Shown one piece after another: positions 50,268 to 60,073 of a stretch of DNA of 64,000 nucleotides. The translations under genes and the position numbers were made by a program. Position 1 is the stretch's first letter. Each line of letters begins with the position of its first letter. Source of the DNA: Oligoflexales bacterium. GTDB lineage: Bacteria; Bdellovibrionota_B; Oligoflexia; Oligoflexales; CAIYRB01. The DNA lies in assembly GCA_041736175.1 (NCBI GenBank), contig JBGSUI010000075.1, forward strand, positions 1-64,000. The letters run 5' to 3'. The notes under the pieces are model-generated. The model made no database searches, was not told the origin of the DNA, and was given only the letters and a program-made list of their open reading frames with translations.

Positions 50268-52151
50268 ATGCAGATTTCGAAAGATGGTCAGGGTTATCTT
50301 GCCATGCAGACTCTCGGTGCCCTTGGGATTGTCTTTGGTGATATTGGGACCAGCCCCCTCTACACCCTTCGAGAAGCCTTTTACGGACCCCATAGCATCC
50401 CGATTGTCAGGGATAACGTCTTAGGGATCGTTTCGCTCATTCTTTGGTCGCTTATCATCACCATTTCTATAAAATACCTTTGGTTTATTCTAAGATTCGA
50501 TAACAAGGGCGAAGGTGGAATCCTCGCTTTGATGGCACTGGCCCTACCAAAAGGCCAACACACAAATTCTAAAGGGAATCAGTGGATCATCTATGGGGGG
50601 TTGTTTGGAGCGTCCTTACTGTATGGCGATGGCATGATTACACCAGCCATTACAGTGACAGGTGCTATTGAAGGTCTTGCGATCGCTACGCCTTTTTTTG
50701 ATCCCTATGTCATCCCGGCTTCGATCGCCATCTTAACGGGTCTTTTCCTGATCCAGAAACGGGGGACAGGCAGGATTGGTATTATTTTTGGCCCCATGAT
50801 TCTGTTGTGGTTTATTGTGATTGGAATCCTGGGGATTCGCGGTATTTTCTTAGACCCCTCCATCCTGATGGCCCTCAATCCCTACTATGGTTTTCATTTT
50901 CTCTTTCACAATGGTTATCAGGGATTTATCACCTTAGGAATCGTGTTTTTAGCAGTCACAGGGGGGGAGGCTCTTTACGCTGATATGGGACATTTTGGTC
51001 GGCTGCCCATTCGCTTAGGGTGGACCGTGATCGTGTTACCGAGCCTTATGCTCAATTACTTTGGTCAAGGCGCCCTCTTGCTCAGTGATAGCAAGTTTGC
51101 CTCTAATCCCTTTTACTACTTAGCTCCCTCATGGGTTCTGATACCATTGGTGGCACTCGCTACTGCTGCTGCCGTGATCGCGTCCCAAGCCTTGATCTCT
51201 GGGGCTTTCTCCATCACTAGACAGGCCGTGAGTCTGGGGTTTTTTCCCCGAGTGCTGATCACCCATACGTCTAAAGAAGAAATCGGCCAAATCTATGTCC
51301 CCACGATCAATTGGGTTCTGCTTTTTTCGACCATCGGTCTCGTCTTGTACTTTCAAACGTCAAGCGCAATGGCTGCGGCCTACGGAATCGCTGTCACCAC
51401 AACAATGGTGCTCACCACTCTTCTAGCCTACGCGGTGGCAAGGCAAACTTGGAAGTGGTCTATCCTTAAAGCTCTAGGGGTCATACTTCCGTTTTTGCTA
51501 ATCGATTTTGCCTTTTTTTCCGCATCAGTGACTAAGATTTTCCATGGGGGATGGTTTACGGTCGCTGTGGGGCTCTTTATCTTAGCGGTCATGTCCACTT
51601 GGAAAAAAGGTCGCACGATTTTGGCCCAAAGGCTTAGGGATGGTGCCGTGGAGATCAATCAATTTATCGCTAATATCAAAAAAAATAGGCCAATTCGTGT
51701 CCCAGGAACGGCAGTCTTTATGACCAGCACCACGGATATTGCCCCTCCTGCACTCATTACAAATTTAACCCATAATCACGTCCTCCATGAACATGTCATC
51801 CTTATGACGATCACCATCAACGAAACCTCCTATGTCCCTCGCGAAGATCGTTACACCATGACCACTATGGATGAAGGTGTGACCATCCTACGGGTTTATT
51901 ATGGCTTTATGGACATCCTCAACGTCCCCGCAGTACTGATGAGAGTCGCCATCCAAGATCTTCCTTTAGACGAAAAATCCATCACCTATTTTATGGGACG
52001 TGAAACCGTACTGGCAACCAACAGACCTGGAATGGCACTTTGGAGAGAAAAACTTTTTGCTTTTATGGCTCGCAATGCCCAGCGTGCGACGGCCTATTTT
52101 AAGATTCCATCCCACCGTGTGGTCGAGATTGGGATCCAAGTTGAGATTTGA
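50268..52151 (+). CDS. kup: Potassium uptake permease Kup
   Basis: GIVFGDIGTSPLY, DNKGEGG, GDGMITPA, GGEALYADMGHFG, GQIYVP. Confidence 0.97.
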   Translation: MQISKDGQGYLAMQTLGALGIVFGDIGTSPLYTLREAFYGPHSIPIVRDNVLGIVSLILWSLIITISIKYLWFILRFDNKGEGGILALMALALPKGQHTNSKGNQWIIYGGLFGASLLYGDGMITPAITVTGAIEGLAIATPFFDPYVIPASIAILTGLFLIQKRGTGRIGIIFGPMILLWFIVIGILGIRGIFLDPSILMALNPYYGFHFLFHNGYQGFITLGIVFLAVTGGEALYADMGHFGRLPIRLGWTVIVLPSLMLNYFGQGALLLSDSKFASNPFYYLAPSWVLIPLVALATAAAVIASQALISGAFSITRQAVSLGFFPRVLITHTSKEEIGQIYVPTINWVLLFSTIGLVLYFQTSSAMAAAYGIAVTTTMVLTTLLAYAVARQTWKWSILKALGVILPFLLIDFAFFSASVTKIFHGGWFTVAVGLFILAVMSTWKKGRTILAQRLRDGAVEINQFIANIKKNRPIRVPGTAVFMTSTTDIAPPALITNLTHNHVLHEHVILMTITINETSYVPREDRYTMTTMDEGVTILRVYYGFMDILNVPAVLMRVAIQDLPLDEKSITYFMGRETVLATNRPGMALWREKLFAFMARNAQRATAYFKIPSHRVVEIGIQVEI

Positions 52152-52165
52152 AAAACCGTCCTCCC

Positions 52166-53557
52166 CTAGTTTTGGAGATAAAAAGTCACTTTACTAGTGG
52201 TCTTAAGATTATCACCGCTAGAGGATTTTGCCGTTACGGTTAAGGTGTTTAGCTCACCTTGGTTTAGTGTTCCTGCAAAGCCGAAAGGCTCGGTGTACCA
52301 AATAAAGCGCTCAGGGTCCGTTGGGTGACGCTCTACTTTTTCGATAGCCACGTTTGTTTCACCCTTTAGGTTGACCAAAAGCCCTTTGGACTCTTTGATC
52401 TGGATTTGGTTGAGGGGCAGCCCAAGGTTGGCTGCTGCCTCAACAAGCTCTTCAGCGTCTTTGGTCAAACGAACATTGTTTGGATCTCCTGTAACCTTTT
52501 CCAGGTACCCTTTAGGATCCGAGGCGACGTCCGCTCCGGTTCCCTTATAGCCCAGAAACAGGGTAAAGAAGGTGACGTCCTCGATGCCACGAAGGGACTC
52601 AGCAGCATCTAAGCCTCGAGCCTCGGAAATCTGGCGGTCATTCCCGGTGATCAATCCCGTTGGCGAAAGTCCATCGTATAATGTAGGAGAACCATCGGAG
52701 ATAAAAATCACGATCTTAGAACCTTTTTCGTTTTTTAGCTGATTTTCAGCAGCTTTAAAGGCGGCTTGGTAGTTGGTCTTTGCGATTCCCGAATCAGCTC
52801 CACAAAAAACCGCTGGTGCCAAACTACGTTCCACCGCACTGAGTGGACCCACAGGGATGCGCGCTTCGGCATCATTAGAGAAGGTGACCACTCCAGATCT
52901 AACTTTGGTGTTTTTGGCATTATTTAATTTTTCGACGATTTTTTCTGCTGCTTTCAGCCGCCCACAAGACCCGTTTCTAGAAGGATCATTCGGGCCTTCG
53001 CCCCCACCCCCCGTCATAGATCCGGACCGGTCGACGACAAATAGCACGGTCGCTTCGCTGGTACCAGTCACTTTGGGGCACCATTCGCCGCTCATTCGGA
53101 CCTGATTGTCTGCTTTACCATAGAACTGGCTAGGAAAAACCCCGCCGCCACCACTGGCTTTTTCGTCGCATGGGAGCCAAAGCACACCGTCTACACTACT
53201 CAGCAGCTTTTCGCCAGGAGATTGACCTGAATCATCGCCATCTCCTCCACTTGAACCAGGGCCATCTTTGGATGTCTTAGGATCGACACTATCGCTACCG
53301 CTGCCTGGCTTTCGTCCTTTATTGAAGAGATCGACAAAATCAGTCCGCGCTTGGTCGCCAATCCATCCGGGAGCGCCTAGATGAGGAGCCTCGGGATATC
53401 CGCCACCTGTACTCTTAAGCGCATCAGCGCTGGGTACGTCACCTTCATTAGCGGCTGCCCTTTTTTCGGCTTTTCCTCCGAAATCTGCATTAGAACAGGC
53501 CACCTGAGCGCCTATCATAGCAAATATGCTAACCGGCACTATCATCGACTTTCTCAT
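52166..53557 (-). CDS. VWA-domain lipoprotein
   Basis: GGAGGGG SD then ATG 53557; lipobox QVAC; MIDAS motifs VVDRSGS, KTNY, FISDG. Confidence 0.85.
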   Translation of the reverse strand: MRKSMIVPVSIFAMIGAQVACSNADFGGKAEKRAAANEGDVPSADALKSTGGGYPEAPHLGAPGWIGDQARTDFVDLFNKGRKPGSGSDSVDPKTSKDGPGSSGGDGDDSGQSPGEKLLSSVDGVLWLPCDEKASGGGGVFPSQFYGKADNQVRMSGEWCPKVTGTSEATVLFVVDRSGSMTGGGGEGPNDPSRNGSCGRLKAAEKIVEKLNNAKNTKVRSGVVTFSNDAEARIPVGPLSAVERSLAPAVFCGADSGIAKTNYQAAFKAAENQLKNEKGSKIVIFISDGSPTLYDGLSPTGLITGNDRQISEARGLDAAESLRGIEDVTFFTLFLGYKGTGADVASDPKGYLEKVTGDPNNVRLTKDAEELVEAAANLGLPLNQIQIKESKGLLVNLKGETNVAIEKVERHPTDPERFIWYTEPFGFAGTLNQGELNTLTVTAKSSSGDNLKTTSKVTFYLQN

Positions 53558-53606
53558 CAGATCCCCTCCGATCAATACCAAGGCAATTCCTACTCTTTAT
53601 AAGTTG

Positions 53607-53624
53607 TTGCAAAAGCGAGACCAA
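53607..53624 (-). promoter_or_regulatory. Putative sigma54 (-24/-12) promoter
   Basis: Minus strand TTGGTCTCGCTTTTGCAA (GG-N10-GC), with an AT-rich upstream region. Confidence 0.6.
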
Positions 53625-53781
53625 TAGTGGACATGAGTAATTTTAGCGATTTAAAAAAAGAGGTGTATAATGAAAAAACGATTTTGACCTGTAAAGGTGT
53701 AAAATATTTAGAAACCGAAAGAATCTCGTTTCAACATAAATAGTAATTTTTCGTTAAAGAGTTATCTCGATCGAGGAACCA

Positions 53782-54549
53782 GTGAAACAACCCATCAATA
53801 CCAGCTTGATCATCCCTGGAATCGCTATGAAAAACAGCGAATTCGCCGAAGTGACCAGTTTTCTATCCAAGTTTGATTTACCCATTTACTGCTACGAAAA
53901 TCTCTGTGTGGGTGCGGGCGCAAGGATTCCCCATCCAACAATCCAAGACTTTGCCCAGTACCAATGGGTCACAGCCAACGAACATATGGACCCAAGCCAA
54001 AAGATAAATCTCATAGGATTCAGCATGGGAGGGATGATTGCTACGGCCATGAGCCTCCTTTATCCTGAAAAGATTAGTAAATTGATATTAGTTTCTACTG
54101 CCGTCAACGACGCTATGGTCCCTGCGGTTTCCGACCAACTTTTTGAGTTCCTGAAATCCATCGAAACTCCCGCCCATCTCTACGAATCGCTTAAAATTGG
54201 ATTTAGTCCCGACACCCTAAAAAACCACCCCGAAGTCTTGCAAAAGTATTTTGAATACCGTTTAGGCAACGGAAATCAACAGACCCATGAAGAATTTATC
54301 AGCCAATTACAGGCTGTTAGGAATTTTAAAGGGACTACTGTCTTTGGTGCGATGAGCAAACTTAAGTTTGCTAAGTCTCATCTTTATGGAGAGTTTGACC
54401 AGCTTTTCGGCAAACCACATATCAGCCAAATCACGCCTTATGTCCACCGCCAGACCATGATTCCTGGCTTAGGACATATGATGCACCTTGAAAATCCCAA
54501 ACTCCTTGCCGAACATTTGCTAAACGAGATCTCTATTAACCCTGGCTGA
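53782..54549 (+). CDS. Alpha/beta hydrolase
   Basis: GFSMGG nucleophile, GEFD, GHMMHLE. Confidence 0.88.
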   Translation: MKQPINTSLIIPGIAMKNSEFAEVTSFLSKFDLPIYCYENLCVGAGARIPHPTIQDFAQYQWVTANEHMDPSQKINLIGFSMGGMIATAMSLLYPEKISKLILVSTAVNDAMVPAVSDQLFEFLKSIETPAHLYESLKIGFSPDTLKNHPEVLQKYFEYRLGNGNQQTHEEFISQLQAVRNFKGTTVFGAMSKLKFAKSHLYGEFDQLFGKPHISQITPYVHRQTMIPGLGHMMHLENPKLLAEHLLNEISINPG

Positions 54550-54575
54550 TCTTTAAGGAAGGAACTCAATCACCT

Positions 54576-55325
54576 ATGGTCGTTATCAAGTACCTATTCG
54601 AAACTATGAGACGTAGATCCTTTTATTTTGCCCTTACGCTACCCCTTATCTGGGGATCCCAAGCCAGGTCCCAAAACACAGCTCCCCTGGCACCAAATCA
54701 AAAGTCCCCACCAAACCCCGAAAAACAGTCCCCCACCGCTCAAAAGGCCCTTTATCCATACCGGTGGGAAAATGGGCTTGATCTGCTGTTATCAGGTCTT
54801 TTTGGAAAAAACGCCTTTGACCTGGAATCTCCATCATTGGTTGGCGAAGCGTTGTGGAGTTACAAGTTTGAGACAGGTACCTCTCTTGGGGGGATCCTTC
54901 TAGGCTCACTCCAGCCGATGGCCGTCAGGCGCAACAACGCAAAGCTTTCGTTCACACTCTATCATTTTGGACCGTACATCAGCCAAGACCTTTGGCGGTA
55001 TGAGCACTATCGTGTGTTGGCTTCCCTTGCTTTAGGCCGAGGCTTTCTTTTTGTGAGGCGCACCCCTGATGGAGGCAAGCCCACCATGCACCGAAACGAA
55101 TACCAATTTGTCGAGCCGGGAATCAGCTTTATTTTCTATCAAACCAGAACACTCGACATCGGCGTGGTTGCCAATTATCGGAGCATCTCTTTAGCAGATC
55201 CAGTCGTTGTGAACCAAGCGGATCCACAGAATCCAGCCGCAGAGCCACAACCTTTGACGATCGCCACTGAAGACGACTTTAAAGGTATGGCTTTAGGGGT
55301 GACCCTAAGGGCCACTCATTTTTAG
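54576..55325 (+). CDS. Probable small outer-membrane beta-barrel protein
   Basis: Signal peptide, amphipathic strands, C-terminal GVTLRATHF ending in Phe. Confidence 0.55.
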   Translation: MVVIKYLFETMRRRSFYFALTLPLIWGSQARSQNTAPLAPNQKSPPNPEKQSPTAQKALYPYRWENGLDLLLSGLFGKNAFDLESPSLVGEALWSYKFETGTSLGGILLGSLQPMAVRRNNAKLSFTLYHFGPYISQDLWRYEHYRVLASLALGRGFLFVRRTPDGGKPTMHRNEYQFVEPGISFIFYQTRTLDIGVVANYRSISLADPVVVNQADPQNPAAEPQPLTIATEDDFKGMALGVTLRATHF

Positions 55326-55339
55326 CGGCTAAGAAGCCT

Positions 55340-57307
55340 TTACTTTTTCCATCCAAAAATCGCTTTAATCAGGCGACGGACCAACTGGAGAAACGACGGT
55401 TTTTGAGCCTCGATTCCCTTGGACGTCCCCGATTTGAAGGGTGGTGCTCCATGCTGCGATTTACGGTGCTGACCTGAAGCATCATCTCCCCGCCTTGGAG
55501 AGTCCTTTGGCCCCCGTGATCTAAAGGAGTCAGTACCTTGGGTACGGTCTCTACCTCCCCCTCGCTGTCCCTGCTGCTGTCCCTGGAAAGGTTTTCTTTC
55601 CCTAGAAGACTGACCAGAAGCACTCTGCTGCCGGCCTCTTTGGTCTTGAGGAGCCCCTCCTCGACGTCTTCCACCAGGTCCAGTTTGATTGCGACCACCC
55701 CGATCTGATTGAGGATGGGGCCCTCGTCCCTCATAACCACCGCCTTCGGACCGACCACGACCTCCCCGCCCTTCACGACTACCACCTTCAGATCGAAAGC
55801 TACGGCCACCTGACCGATTGCGTTCTTTCTGCTCCTCCCAGGCTTTGTAACGCTCAGCAAAGGGATTTCCAGCTTTGTCTTGTATGGCCAGATAAGACTC
55901 TGGAGGCCATAGGGTTTCAATCGTACCATTGGGACCTAAAAGCTCATTGATTCCTGAGAAGTTATGTCCGTAATCATCGCAGACCAGAGAGTAGGCATTC
56001 CCTTTAGCCCCTGCTCGCGCTGTCCGACCGATCCGGTGGACATAATTTGCAGGCTCCTCGGGGAGATCAAAATTATAGACATGGGTAATACGTGAGATAT
56101 GCAGTCCTCGGCTGGCCACATCGGTCGCGATCAAGGCTTTAAGTTTGCCTTCTTTAATCCTTTGGATCAGCCTAATCCTCTTGCTTTGGGGCAAATCCCC
56201 GGTGATCAAGTCGGCTTCAATCCCATTATTTTCCAGTTTGAAATGCAACCATTCTGCGGTCAGTTTTGTATTGGTAAAAACGATGGCGCAGTCAGGTTCA
56301 TGCTCGGCCAACATCCCCAACATAACCCGCAATTTTTCCGTTGCATGGCAATGAAAGGCCCGTTGGATGATTTTTTCGGGGGTGATCTCTTCGGGATTGA
56401 CCGATATATACTCGGGTGTTTCTAGATATTCAAAGGCTAGTTCTTTGACCTCATCGTTGGTAGTCGCCGAAAACAGAAGCCTTTGGGCCGATTCTGGGAT
56501 TTTCTCCAAAAAGAATTCCACATCTTCGATAAAACCCATATCAAACATGCGATCGGCCTCGTCACAGACAAAGACCTGGACTGCACTTAAATCCACATGG
56601 CGTTTTTGGACGTAGTCTTTGAGCCGGCCAGGGGTCGCAAAAATAACATCGACACCCTCTCTGATCCGCTTGACCTGTTTGTCATAATCCAAGCCACCGA
56701 TCACTGTGAGGGAGCTAAGACCCGCATTTTGAAGCATTACCTCGGCGTCTTGTTCGATCTGCATCGCAAGTTCGCGGGTGGGAGCCAACACCACAGCCCG
56801 TACCTTAAGGATCTCATCGTTCCCTTGGGGGGCCGCGGACCCAGGACCTGTGGGCTCCTTGTCTTTTTCAGCAGCTACTGTGGCCATTTTATTGAGGATC
56901 TGATTGCAAATGGTCAACAAAAAAACCGCGGTTTTCCCGGTTCCTGTTTGGGCAAATCCTGCCACATGGCGGCCCCTCAGGGTATAGGGTAGGCAAAGTT
57001 TTTGGACAGGAGTCGGCGTGGCCCATCCAATCGTTCGGACAGCTTGGCGAACGGTTTCGTGGAGGGGTAAGTCATCGAAGGTTTCGACACCGGCTGCAGC
57101 CACTTCCGGGAGGATTCCGTAAAGAGGGGGCTTCTCTTTTGGGGGCAGAGAGTCGTCTCTGAGACTGTCGACTCCCAAGGTCTCGCCAGGTGCCTCGGAT
57201 TCCACATCGACTATGGTCTTCAGGACTCCCGAAGAAGAATCTACAGTATTTTCTTCTGATTGGTTTTGGGTCTCATCGCCAGCTTCTAAGTCTTTTTCTT
57301 TATGCAT
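55340..57307 (-). CDS. DEAD-box RNA helicase (RhlB-like) with RGG-rich tail
   Basis: PTPVQ, AQTGTGKT, PTRELA, TPGR, DEAD, SAT, HRIGRTAR. Confidence 0.95.
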   Translation of the reverse strand: MHKEKDLEAGDETQNQSEENTVDSSSGVLKTIVDVESEAPGETLGVDSLRDDSLPPKEKPPLYGILPEVAAAGVETFDDLPLHETVRQAVRTIGWATPTPVQKLCLPYTLRGRHVAGFAQTGTGKTAVFLLTICNQILNKMATVAAEKDKEPTGPGSAAPQGNDEILKVRAVVLAPTRELAMQIEQDAEVMLQNAGLSSLTVIGGLDYDKQVKRIREGVDVIFATPGRLKDYVQKRHVDLSAVQVFVCDEADRMFDMGFIEDVEFFLEKIPESAQRLLFSATTNDEVKELAFEYLETPEYISVNPEEITPEKIIQRAFHCHATEKLRVMLGMLAEHEPDCAIVFTNTKLTAEWLHFKLENNGIEADLITGDLPQSKRIRLIQRIKEGKLKALIATDVASRGLHISRITHVYNFDLPEEPANYVHRIGRTARAGAKGNAYSLVCDDYGHNFSGINELLGPNGTIETLWPPESYLAIQDKAGNPFAERYKAWEEQKERNRSGGRSFRSEGGSREGRGGRGRSEGGGYEGRGPHPQSDRGGRNQTGPGGRRRGGAPQDQRGRQQSASGQSSRERKPFQGQQQGQRGGGRDRTQGTDSFRSRGPKDSPRRGDDASGQHRKSQHGAPPFKSGTSKGIEAQKPSFLQLVRRLIKAIFGWKK

Positions 57308-57482
57308 CGATCTCTATATTCCGCAATAGTTTTATCAAATTAAGCCAGAACTTCGTGCTACCTACCAGTTTCCCTTGAGATTTTTCTCCCATGTGCCGAG
57401 AAGGAGGAGAGTTTTGTCTGAAATCACCGGGCCTTCATTTTTTGGCCTTTTAACTAGGATCCGACGTAGGAGCCTGCTTTCC

Positions 57483-57890
57483 ATGAGCGATCACCCAACC
57501 CCAGAGTCGAGTTTGGACCCCATTCAACCATCATCGGAATCGGGAGATACGTCTCCGCCTCCCTTGGACCAGGAAGCCAGTGTCCAAGACAATACTCTTA
57601 ATGTGACAGAAGAGCCACAAGAGAGCCAGAGTGAGTTAAAAAATCCAATCATAACCGCGAAAAGAACTGAGCTGCAACGGACGATCACAGCTGTTAAACG
57701 TCGTATGAAGAATATCAGTGCCAGGTTAGAATCTAAAGAATACAAGCAGTTAGGATTTGTGTATGAAAATTACCCAGCCCAGTACTACCGGAGTTGGAAG
57801 GGAGAGGCTAACAGCCTCTTCTCCCTTTTAGTCAACTATTCAAGTCGGCTGAGAGACCTAGAGCTCAGACTTCAGGACTTGCAGGATTAG
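57483..57890 (+). CDS. Hypothetical protein (disordered N-terminus, helical C-terminus)
   Basis: AGGAG upstream of ATG 57483; no recognisable motif. Confidence 0.55.
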   Translation: MSDHPTPESSLDPIQPSSESGDTSPPPLDQEASVQDNTLNVTEEPQESQSELKNPIITAKRTELQRTITAVKRRMKNISARLESKEYKQLGFVYENYPAQYYRSWKGEANSLFSLLVNYSSRLRDLELRLQDLQD

Positions 57891-58035
57891 TCCGCTTGTT
57901 GGCAGTCTTTTTCCACAAGTTGTGGCCTAACTCCTTCAGCGCTAAAATACCTCTAGACGGGAGACCGCTGGATTTTTACTCTGCTGCTCTTTGGGCTACA
58001 GTCGATTCAAAAGGATATATTAAGAAAGGCGTTCC

Positions 58036-58530
58036 ATGAGGGCATATAAGCTATTTCAAGTCTGCATTTTAATGATTTCCTGCGTGGCCTGGGTTGGATG
58101 TATTACCCCAAGCGAAAAAAAAGATATGCAAAACGACATCTTTAATGTCCAAACCCGCCTGTTGACCCTTGAGCGAAAACTCCAGGACACCTCTAAAGAT
58201 GCCCGTTCAACGGGCGAAAATGCTTATAAGCGACTTGCAAATACCCAGTCGGACCTGGAAAAAATTTTGCGGGACCTCCAGCAGATCAAGGGCGATATCG
58301 ATAGCCTTAGGGTTGGAGTGGTGACTGGCCAGCTTCCGGGACAGCCCCAAACCGAGTCCTCCCTCAAAGGAAATGTCACCCGCCTTGAAGAGCGCCTTGA
58401 GTCTCTCGAAAAATCCCAAAATGATCTTTTAGAAGCCCTTCGCAAGGCCGGACTGAACACCAAACCACCTAAAAAGGCCGAGGAAAAGTCCGAAAACTCC
58501 CTAGATCCTGAAACCGCTTTCAGCCATTAA
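58036..58530 (+). CDS. Coiled-coil lipoprotein resembling the CpoB/YbgF N-terminal region, no TPR domain
   Basis: Lipobox WVGC; heptads LANTQSDLEKILRDLQQIKGDIDSL and RLEERLESLEK. Confidence 0.6.
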   Translation: MRAYKLFQVCILMISCVAWVGCITPSEKKDMQNDIFNVQTRLLTLERKLQDTSKDARSTGENAYKRLANTQSDLEKILRDLQQIKGDIDSLRVGVVTGQLPGQPQTESSLKGNVTRLEERLESLEKSQNDLLEALRKAGLNTKPPKKAEEKSENSLDPETAFSH

Positions 58531-58711
58531 CATCCCGATCGTTTTGACCTCATCGATCGGTAGCTATCCATCAGCCACTGCTTCCCAAAAAAGGCCATAG
58601 ACTGCCCTATCACCGGAACCTGTAAGCTTTCCTTTGACACTAATTAAAAACTTAGTCAGTGAGCGTGGCAGCCTGGGGTCAGTGTTCTTAGGCTCTTTGC
58701 CTGAGAGGATG

Positions 58712-58728
58712 CGGGCATGCTTCTTGCT
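58712..58728 (+). promoter_or_regulatory. Putative sigma54 promoter
   Basis: CGGGCATGCTTCTTGCT (GGCA...TTGCT, GG-N10-GC), about 95 nt before ATG 58824. Confidence 0.55.
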
Positions 58729-58823
58729 CAGGGAAAACCAATCATTTTGGTCGACGGTGGAGATCAGTCTTCCTGAGGGATACCACGACTGGGCAAAAAA
58801 ACACGAAAATAAAGGATCCCCTT

Positions 58824-59891
58824 ATGTTGTTCAAATTTTCAGCGGCTGTGGCCCTCACCCTGGCCGTGGCTTGTGTCAAATCTGCAGGAGGCGATGCTCA
58901 ATTGGCGGCGAATGGTGCGGTCTCCGAGCAACTGCCTCCCGACCAAATCCCCCCGGGGAAAATACCCCCCGGTTATGCTTGCCGTTTCACTGAAAGCTCT
59001 CTTCTCGCTAAATACCCACGACTGGGGCGTCACGATGATCTAGTTCTGATTTTCAGGGGCCCCGCCTTGAATTGGAGAATTTACTCCAATCATATTGGAT
59101 ATTTACCGAATATCAACCCCCCGGGGTTTTTCGAGATGAGAACAAATGAAAATAAGTTATTGTTAGCCTATAATTCCTATCTAGCCTCCTATAAAGTCGA
59201 AATTAATCAAAATGACCCGACAAAAGATGCGAAGCTGAGCACTCCGGATTTACAGGCAGCCTTGTCCTGCAAGCCTCTTGAGTACGCTGCCGAAAGCCCT
59301 CGTCCTTTCGGGGATCGTCAGCTCTATGTGATGGCTAGTCCATCCACGTCCCTCTATGCGATTCCAAGGGTGAATTTCAGGTATCGCTCGCCCCAAGATG
59401 ACGACAAGAGATCGATCACTTTTTGGACCTTTAAGAATTGGTCGGCTTGGAAGATCAATCCTCAGCCTGGTGATCCTATTGTAGACATAGACTTTAAAAT
59501 ATACGGCTATTGGCTTTTTACTGATAATCCTCGTTGGCCAGCAGGCCTTAGAGGCGAATTAAAAAAATACTTTAATCAAAACCTTGTGATTCAGCAGGCC
59601 GCCGAATCAGCTCCTCAGGTAAGCTGGATGGGGCGCGTTTGCTATCATGTAGGGCAAATCCTGTCTCCTACAATAAAACCTGACGGCATTACCCTTCTTG
59701 GCGAGAGCGCCTACTCATTTGTAAAGCAAATGCCGCCTTCTTATTATTTAGAGATTATGCAACCTGCCAAGTGGAAGGATCCAGTGTTTCTCAATAGTAT
59801 CAAAGTGATTGATTTCAAGCACGATATCAATGAACTGGTCCTCAGGTTTTGCCAGAAGCCCTGCTTTTTAAACTCCTCCGATTCCAAGTAG
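58824..59891 (+). CDS. Hypothetical lipoprotein
   Basis: AAAGGA SD; lipobox LAVAC; aromatic-rich; no family recognised. Confidence 0.7.
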   Translation: MLFKFSAAVALTLAVACVKSAGGDAQLAANGAVSEQLPPDQIPPGKIPPGYACRFTESSLLAKYPRLGRHDDLVLIFRGPALNWRIYSNHIGYLPNINPPGFFEMRTNENKLLLAYNSYLASYKVEINQNDPTKDAKLSTPDLQAALSCKPLEYAAESPRPFGDRQLYVMASPSTSLYAIPRVNFRYRSPQDDDKRSITFWTFKNWSAWKINPQPGDPIVDIDFKIYGYWLFTDNPRWPAGLRGELKKYFNQNLVIQQAAESAPQVSWMGRVCYHVGQILSPTIKPDGITLLGESAYSFVKQMPPSYYLEIMQPAKWKDPVFLNSIKVIDFKHDINELVLRFCQKPCFLNSSDSK

Positions 59892-60073
59892 GGATCTTCA
59901 ACTTTTAGGCCTGAGCACACAGACCTCAGGCCGCAGCGCTTACTGATTAAGCTTTTAGCAGGTGGCTTTTTGGTATCTATTAAATTCCCCTTGTCACGGG
60001 GCGCCTGGGTGGTAACTTGCGAGTCGTTTGCCGGTGTGTGAGTCACTTTGGGCGTGATGGGACAGGGGGGCCT

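Noticed and set aside
57909..57925. DnaA-box-like TTTTCCACA within a small inverted repeat
   Set aside because: Single site with no box cluster or origin-type gene context.
58727..58777. c-di-GMP-I riboswitch-like segment (AGGGAAAACC...GACG)
   Set aside because: Lacks the GNRA loop and GCAAA receptor, and its 5' arm overlaps the putative -12 element.
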